Source of the DNA: Thelocarpon superellum
Taxonomy: Eukaryota
DNA: 42,002 bases
NCBI GenBank assembly: GCA_026025795.1
Contig: JAPEUG010000116.1
Coordinates: 1 to 42,002, forward strand
Direction of reading: 5' to 3'
Position 1 is the stretch's first letter; the number at the start of each line of letters is the position of its first letter. Made by a program: the position numbers and the translations under genes. The notes beneath the pieces were generated by a model that was not told where the DNA came from, did no database searches, and was given only the letters and a program-made list of their open reading frames with translations. Of this stretch, positions 12,283 to 20,195 are shown piece by piece.

Positions 12283-13905
12283 TCATGCCTTGGCGGCCCC
12301 CGCCTTGATCAGCAAAATGTCGCCGTCTTCCACGACGTATTCCTTGCCCTTGGTCATGACCTTGCCTGCTGCCTTGACGGCCGCTTCGTCACCTAGTTCC
12401 TTGAGCATGTCGAAGTTGAAGACGATGGCTTGGATGAAGGTCTTTTCAAAGTCTAGGCGTGCCGTCAGCGCTTCGCTCTCGTCGGAGGCGTATTGCGTTT
12501 GCGCAGAGCTCGGCCGCTTTCAAGGCAATGGGCGCTGGGATCTGGCGTATGGCGCATGGCAATGATGGACGGGACCTACCTGTATGAATCACCCCCGCCG
12601 CCCCCGGCGCTTTGGTGCCTTTTCGGATGGTCCATTGTCGGACCTCGTCGGTGCCGGTGGTGAAGAAGCTGCCGAGGTTGAGCATCTGTCGCATGGTGAC
12701 TATGACCTTGGGCAGGGCAGATTTGGTGCCCAGCTTCTTGCATTCCTCTTCGGCCTCAGCCTCCGCTTCAAATTGCGTGAGTCGCTCTTCGAAGGCGACG
12801 GACAACGGGATGATGGTGTCCCCCGTCGAGTGCTCCTTGACCCACTCCGCGATCTTGGGCAGGTGCTTGTTCTTCTGTCGGATGTAGTCTTTTTCGCTGA
12901 GATTCACCAGATATACCACCGGTTTGGCCGTGAGCAGGAACAAGGGATTGATGATCTCGACCTGCGGTCGTCTCATCGTTAGCACGAATGGTCATTCTCG
13001 TACATTGGTTCGGTGGTGCGAGGGAGATTGGAAGGGTGGGATCAGAGTTGGAAGTTCCTCTCATGGCGGCCTCTACGTGAGATTGTAATGAGACCTTTCG
13101 ACGAGCTGGGATTATGTCGAGCCTTCTGGCTCTTTATCATCATGAAATCCGACCGGGGTCGGCGGTGGCGGTGGACGGGGAAACGCAAGACAATCGGCCA
13201 TCTCACCTCTTTCGATGTCCAGTCACCTTTTCGCACGTCCTTGCCGTCCTGGATCCAGGCCAAGATCTTCTCCACCGTCGCTTGCTCTTCTTTTAGTTTG
13301 CGCATCTCCAGACTTTGTCCACCGCGGGCGGTCTGCTTCTTCAGCGACTCCAGGGCCTTTTCCACAAACTCGACGTCTTTGATCCGGAGCTCTTCACTGA
13401 TAATGTTCAGGTCGCGGACGGGATCTACATCGCCCTCGACGTGAATGATCTCGGCATCGTCAAAACACCGCACCACCTGGAAGATGGCATCGACGGCGCG
13501 AATGTGCGATAAGAAGGCATTGCCCAATCCGGCGCCGGTCGAGGCCCCGCGCGTTAAGCCGGCGATATCGTAGACCGTCAGATTAGCTGGCACTTTGGAC
13601 GCCGGCTTATAATGTGCACATAACCAGTCGTACCGCGCATCCGGCACAATCACCCGAGCTTCCTCGGGGTCAATGGTCGCATAGGGAAAATTCTGCCCAG
13701 ATCAGCATCCATTCCGCCGCTAACGTGGGAGCGGTCCGGGGTTACGGGTGCGGCATACGGCAGGATTACCCAAGGAGCATTTCGTTATGGCCTGGAAGAG
13801 GGTTGATTTGCCCACATTGGCCAGACCCACAATTCCACTCTTGAGACTGTTCCCCGGCCGTCCCAGGAGGATCTTCTCTTCCTTGGCTTGCTTCTTGGGC
13901 GGCAT
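12283..13905 (-). CDS. OLA1: Obg-like ATPase 1 (YchF/Ola1), 4 exons
   Basis: ATG 13905 (MPPKK); introns 13758-13693, 13206-12962, 12579-12453. P-loop GLANVGKST, NFPYATIDP, DIAGL, and a C-terminal TGS-type region. Confidence 0.95.
13038..13150 (-). ncRNA. Candidate intronic box C/D snoRNA in OLA1 intron 2
   Basis: The 245-nt intron is much longer than others in the window. Box C ATGATGA at 13143-13137, box D CTGA at 13045-13042, short terminal stem GGA/TCC. Box D is about 80 nt from the 3' splice site. Confidence 0.6.
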
Positions 13906-14850
13906 TTTTCGTCTTCTCGAAGTGGCGTAAGTCCGGACGCTGAGGAAAGGCTTGGGTGATGGGATCGAGGAGAAGGATAGGAAGAGGACTCGTGGCACTG
14001 CAGACCTGGCTGCTTGGGGAACGAGGAGAGAAGTGAAGGAGGGAAGGAGATGGTGGGAAAACGTCGTGAGGCGCTCACCGGGCCGACGACGGAGAGTCGC
14101 CGTCGTCCCTGTCACGAAACCCGGTCTCGAACCTGCAAATGAGTGGGTCGCAATGGAGACTACGACAGGCAAGGTGGAAGAGGGTACGACGAAGAAACGG
14201 CGGGTATCCAGGCAACTTCAATTGTTTGGCACCGCCTTTTGCCGTACGGTGGGTGTGGAATTGCATGCGATGGTTAGATCGCTGGGTAACGTCTAGTGAC
14301 CCTTACCACCGTGATCACGTGTGGGTGACATACTACTAGTACTGCTAGTAACATAGTACCAGCAGTATGTTAGTTCGTAAGCTGGCGAGGAGCACGAGTA
14401 CGAGCCACCACCGGTGCGAGCCATCGTGCCAACCGCAAGCATTCGGCGTGTCGCACTCGTATAAGTACAGGCTCCATTCGGAATGATGTGGGGTACGCGG
14501 TACACAGGTCGTCGCTAGTGGTACGAGGGTACTTCGTACCAAGCCGGACGATCCTCCAGGCCAAATGGATCTGTCGCTGATTCGGACCCGTCCTCGGCGG
14601 TGGTGTACGAGTACACCGTTTCAGATGCCGTGAGTCCCACACTACGGCCATCGAAGCTTCGTAGCTCTCGCTGGAGCTTGTCTTTGTCTGTCATTTCAGC
14701 CCATTCTCCGTCTTGCGTCTCCCCCCGGCTGCCCATCGTGTCATCGTGAGATCACGCCGGTCCTTGAGTCTCCCCAAACACACCCGTCCTCACGACCGTC
14801 CCGTAACTTCCTTCGGCTTCTCTGTGGGAGGCCACCAAAGCGTGCACGCC

Positions 14851-15779
14851 ATGGCCTCGGTCGGCAAGAAAAAGGCATCGCAGAAGACGGGGCGGAAGTC
14901 GGCCACGCTCGCCCACCGGACAAGTGGAGGACCGCGAAAAACGGAGATCCTGATCAACGTGTATGACCTGCTACCGGTAAGTAGATAGCTCGAGGTCTCT
15001 CGGTACGCTGCCTGCACAGGGTCCGGAAGAGCGCTGACCACAATTCTCGGATGCAGCCCGGCCGCCTGTCGACGATCCTGTGGACGGTGGGGACGTCCCT
15101 CCTTCACTCGGGCGTAGTGATCAATGACCGAGAGTATGCGTATGGGGGGCATGACCATCAAGGCGTGTCGGGCGTCTACTGGACCAAACCACGGACGGAG
15201 CCGCCCGGTGGCAGCTTCCGGTGCGAAATCCTGCATGGCTTTACCATGAGGTCCGACGACGAGATTGCGGACATCATCCACGAGGTGAGCCACGCACGCT
15301 GATCGAGGGCGAGGGTGATGGGAAGACTCATAGTGCGGCAGGTGTCGGAGGAATTCCTTGGACCATCGTACAATCTCCTCAGCAAGAATTGCAACCACTT
15401 CACCCACGCCCTGTGCCAGAAGATGACGTCGCGACCCGCGCCTGGCTGGCTGAATCGGGCGGCAGGCATCGGCGTGGCCTTGCCGTGCGTGGTGCCGCGG
15501 GAATGGATCGCTCCGCCGGACCACGACACGGCCGACGGAGAATTACTCGAGGAGGACGAGTACGACGAGCGATCGTCCATGCTCCGCGACGTCCACATGA
15601 CGCGACGCTCCGTCGATGAGCCTGCGGAAGGGGTGTCGGCGACGTCGCAGCCCAGCGACGGATCATCGGGCGAGCATGGCCCGGACAAGGGAAAGGGGGC
15701 GACTCGTGATACGAGCGGACGGACCATGCCCGCCAGCGAACGTGCCCCGCCCTTGCATCACCGAGAGGAGACGGCGTAA
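14851..15779 (+). CDS. PPPDE-family (DeSI/DUF862) thiol peptidase, 3 exons
   Basis: Exons 14851-14977, 15057-15284, 15342-15779. Motifs INVYDL, LHSGVVI, EYAYGG and YNLLSKNCNHF (catalytic His/Cys). Confidence 0.9.
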
Positions 15780-15899
15780 GGCGTGGGCGGCGAGGGTCAC
15801 CGCGCATGGCGTTGCATTGGGATTTGGATCGGCTACGACGCGATGGGATTGGGATACCCTGATAGACGCGCCCTCGAGATGCTCCGTCCCACTACATGC

Positions 15900-16691
15900 T
15901 TAACCTAGTCGCCGCGGCTTCTTACTGCGCGTGCCGCCGAACTTGAGCCGGGTCGAGTCGGTGACGCGGATGACGCGACCGCGGAGATTCCTGCCTTCGG
16001 TGCCCAGCAGGGCTTTGGTCACGGCCTCGCGTCCAACGCCAAAACCACGCAGGACGAGCTCCAACTTCAAGATCTCACGCAACAGCCCTTGCTCCTGAAT
16101 CCGGTTCATCACGTACGCCGCCAGTTGGTAGGCGGCATCGTACGATCCACGGGCGGACTTGCGAAACCCCAGGTTGCCGGCCGCCACGGAGATGATGGCG
16201 TTGCCATCGGGCTTGGCGAGGGTGATGTGCGTATTGTGCTTGGTGGCGTAGATGTGGAAGCGATGCGGCGGTTGGTGTTGGGCACGCATTGCGTGGTAGG
16301 GGTTGGATGCCGACAGGTCATAGTCGAGGAAGCTGGATGGGGGTGCACTGCCTCCGCCGGGCCGGGAGGTTTGCGAGTTCTCCAAGAAGCGCGCCAGGTT
16401 ATTCAGGCCGCCGGGGAACTTGTCTCGGTTCAGGTTGGACGTGGCCGGATCTGACCGGGCGCGGGACGAGACCTTAGGGGAGAGGAGGTCTTGCAGCCGC
16501 GAGGGTCTCGCTGGCTCGCTGGCCGCCGGGGCGCTGGTCGCTTCGTCCTCCGCTCTCAGGCGTGCGGCGCGTGAAAAGAATCGAGGTCGACTCGGGCTCA
16601 TGACACCCTTCGACCATTGGCAATGCGGACAGACAAAGAGGCGCTGTGATCGACTAGGCCACGACATTCTTATGACTTGGGGGCCAGTCAT
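15900..16691 (-). CDS. MRPS18: Mitochondrial small-subunit ribosomal protein uS11m
   Basis: Single ORF. C-terminal S11 domain (HIYATKHNTHIT, GFRK, RGFGVGRE, DSTRLKFGGTRSKKPRRLG) and Arg-rich presequence. Start may instead be ATG 16667. Confidence 0.9.
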   Translation of the reverse strand: MTGPQVIRMSWPSRSQRLFVCPHCQWSKGVMSPSRPRFFSRAARLRAEDEATSAPAASEPARPSRLQDLLSPKVSSRARSDPATSNLNRDKFPGGLNNLARFLENSQTSRPGGGSAPPSSFLDYDLSASNPYHAMRAQHQPPHRFHIYATKHNTHITLAKPDGNAIISVAAGNLGFRKSARGSYDAAYQLAAYVMNRIQEQGLLREILKLELVLRGFGVGREAVTKALLGTEGRNLRGRVIRVTDSTRLKFGGTRSKKPRRLG

Positions 16692-17060
16692 GGTGAGTGA
16701 GTGTGACCGCGACTACGACCGCGATAAGGACCGGGTAGATGTTTAGTCTCAAGGATTGGATGAAGAGGTGCAGCTGGCGAGGTCTTTGCACCAACCTCGT
16801 CAACTCAACTCACCAATCTGGTTGGCGTCCCGACCGAACGCCTGGAACAGGGACGGAAGATGCCGGCACGTCGCCGCGATCCAGTCGACGCGGAACTTTT
16901 TCTCGGTGTAGGGAACATTTGGTACGACGCACCTACCAGCACCAACTTCATCGAGTTGCTCCTCCTCATCCACCGCCTCCTTGATGCGCTCGCCGCCCCC
17001 AGCCTGCCTTCTGCCGCTGTCCTCTGTCCCGTTAGCCGACCTTGCGCTTGCGGGAGGAGC

Positions 17061-18757
17061 ATGAGCCTCGTACGGTACCCGGGCGTGCTGCACTCATTCT
17101 CCGGCAGTGGCGTCCGTCGGTCGCTCATCGCCTCACAAAGATGGTCATACGGCAGAAGCGCAGCGTATCGACGGATAGCGAGCCGCGCATGGCCGTCGGA
17201 CCTATCGTCGCGACGACCGAACTCTTTCCCAGCGAACCCGAACCCATCGATCCTCTCGGCGCTTCCCTCCCGATGGGGTCGCAACGACCGCTTCATCGTC
17301 TCGAGGGCGCATCCGCTGCATACGTCTGCCTCCCGCGGACAAGATCAGAGACCCAATGCAAAGAGCCCGGATGAGTCGCATGCCACCAATGAGCCGCCCA
17401 AGGAGTCATCCGGCAAGGAGGAGGAGAGCCAGCGGGGTCGTGAGGAGGGCGAGAAGCAAGGGGAGTTCGACAAGAAGGAGGATGCCCCGCCGCCGCCGCC
17501 GCCGCCGCCACCACACGGCAGTAAGACGCCGTGGCAGGTCTTCACCGAGACCTTGAAGACGGAGTTCCAGGCCTCCAAGGAATGGAACGAATCGACCAAA
17601 GCCCTGGCCTCGTCCGCCCATCAGTTCACCGAGAATGAATCGATCAAGCGAGCCCGGGCCGCCTATTCGGCGGCCTCGGGCGCCGCTACCTCGACCACAG
17701 GCACCGCCCTCCGCGGTACCGGCCGGGCCCTGGGCAAGACGGCCGCCTGGACCTGGGAGACGCCCGTGGTGCGGGGGGTGCGAGCGGGAGTCAACATGAC
17801 TGGTCGTGCCATCGAGGCCGGCACCCGGCCGGTGCGGGAGACGGAAGCGTACAAGAAGGCCGTGGGTGGCGTCAAGGACGTCATTGACGACGGTAGCAGC
17901 TCCAAATATGGTGGCTGGGTCGAGAAGGAGGAGCGTCGCAAGAAGCGCGAGTTGCGCGAGCTCGAGGAACTGAAACGCCACGGCCCACGCGGCCGTCGGG
18001 TGGAGAAGATGGAAGAGGACCCCGAGTCAGATTTGCCTGCCCCAGTCACTCACCAAGGCACAAGCTAATCCGAGGGCGTAGTGCGGGAACCAAGGTGACC
18101 TTGCACAAAGACGCGGCGTGGAAGGAGTCCTGGCGCGACTTCAAGGATTCCAGCCGAGTGATGCAGTCCCTCTTCAGCATCCAATCCACGTACAACGAGT
18201 CCGACAACCCCTTGATCTCGACCGCGCGCAGCATCTCAGACCGGGTGGCGGGCTTCTTCGCCGAAAATGAGACGGCCATGGTGATCAAGCGCTTCCGCGA
18301 GATGGACCCGAGCTTCCAGATCGAGCCCTTTCTCCGCGAGATGCGCGAGTACATCCTGCCCGAGGTGCTCGACGCCTATGTCAAGGGCGACACGGAGACG
18401 CTCAAGCTCTGGCTCTCCGCCGCGCAGTACCAAGTCTACGCCGCCCTGGCTCAACAGTACACCACGGCGGGGCTGAAGTCCGACGGCCGCATCCTCGACA
18501 TCCGCCACGTCGACATCCTCTCCGCCCGCCTCCTTGACCCCGGCGAGGTGCCCGTCTTCATCATCACCTGTCGCACGCAGGAGGTGCATGTCTACCGCAA
18601 CGCCAAGACCGATGACCTGGCTGCCGGCATGGAAGACAAGGTGCAGCTGGTGACCTACGCCATTGGCGTCACCCGCATCCCCGAGGACGTCAACAACCCC
18701 GAGACGCGCGGCTGGCGCTTGATTGAATTGCAGAAGAGCGGGCGCGACTACATATAA
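17061..18757 (+). CDS. TIM44: Mitochondrial import inner membrane translocase subunit Tim44, 2 exons
   Basis: Intron 18026-18081. Motifs KTPWQVFTETLK, KYGGWVEKEERR, REYILPEVLDAY, CRTQEVHVYRN; Arg/Ser-rich presequence. An in-frame ATG also exists at 16860, so the start is uncertain. Confidence 0.93.
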
Positions 18758-19385
18758 TGGGAGGCGTCGTCCTGCATCGTTCACGGCGTCGAGGGGGCGG
18801 TCTATCATATCTCCCATCGTTTCATGCATCCTGAACCCTGTACCTACCGCGTAGCCTGCGTTCATCGCGCCAATCAACACCACTCACCCGGATAGGTAGA
18901 CGCAGTCGCAGGTAGCTATGTGTACGAGCAGCTCGCGAGTCGTTCAGACGCGAGTGGCCAAGCAATGAGTGACGTGATGATGCCACCTCATCCGGCAAGG
19001 GACCTTCCGTCTCGTCTGCGGTACCTCGTACAGGAAGGGACCTACAGCAGTGATTGGACACGGTAGAAGTTGACCTGCGGAGTTCCTCGTACGCCTGCCG
19101 GCTACGGGACCGCACTACGACTGCAGCCTGCGCATCGTCACCATCGGTGGACCGATGCCTACGCGCACCGCACCCTACATTTCACGGTCGCGCATCGCAG
19201 CTATCCCAAGCAACGGCTCTGGGGCACCCGCCAGAAGACTACCTAAAGGAGCAGTAGGCGTCTGCGGGAGGTGGAGATTGCTCCAACGAAGCAGCCGGAG
19301 CGACTCGGACGTTTCCAGACTCATGGCGGGCCAGGCGGGTAGTAGGGCGACGCTGTTCGCGTTCGGCGAATACATCTCCTGGAGT

Positions 19386-19616
19386 GGGCGTGCTCCGCAG
19401 TAGAATATTTAGGACAGTACAAAGTGGTGGGAGCGCTCCATGATCGACTGTCTGGCAATGCTAGAGGCGAAGGGCGTGCTCCACGACAGAATATCTAGAA
19501 CAATACAAAAGGGTGGGAGCGCTCCATAATCGATTGTCTTGTAAGACTAGAATTGAAGGGCATGCTCCAGGGTAGACTGTCTAGCACAACTACTTGGGTT
19601 TGGAAAGGGGTGCTCC
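19386..19616. repeat. Degenerate tandem repeat with 43-bp period arranged as an 86-bp higher-order unit
   Basis: GCTCC cores at 19392, 19435, 19478, 19521, 19564 (43-bp spacing) and 19612. Segments 19386-19471 and 19472-19557 align colinearly. Confidence 0.8.
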
Positions 19617-20195
19617 TTGGTCGCTCTCTTAAGAGTGCGTCGACCTCTGTCTGCCACTAGCATTGTACCGACGCACCCCGAAAACTGTACTGGAGATGGG
19701 TGGTCCATTCTACGGAAGCTATCCGTCGTTCTAATATACAGCTATGGTGGGTCACGTGCGGCGGCTTAGTCAGAAGCCTCGAGCTCCTGTATGGAGCCTC
19801 CACAGTACGAAGTACCGCGACTACTCAAGGTCGTACCTTGTCCGGCCAATACTGCGAACCCCCGCTCCGATTCCTGCCATGGGACACACACGTCCGGCCC
19901 TTGCAAGAGGCCGACAGGAGCTGGGGCATGGCTGTGATTCCGACCGAAGAGACGCAGAGTGCGAGAGACCAAGGGTTAGGCCACTTGGTCCTGCCGCCGC
20001 CGCCGACGCTCTCTCATTGGCGGAAGTGACAGCACTGCCGCGAGGCTGACCCGTGGGGTCGGCGAAGCGGCGCCCGCGCCCGCGCCCGCGCCCGCGCCGT
20101 CCGCCCTCGATGGCCAACCCTACGAGATCGTGCGTGATCTGCTTCGACTGATCTCACGCCTGCCGTTCCACCCGCGTCCACCGTTGTTGACAACC

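Noticed and set aside
19386..19616. CRISPR-like appearance (short palindromic cores with regular spacers)
   Set aside because: Eukaryotic context, cores only about 11 bp, spacers homologous to each other, and no cas genes.
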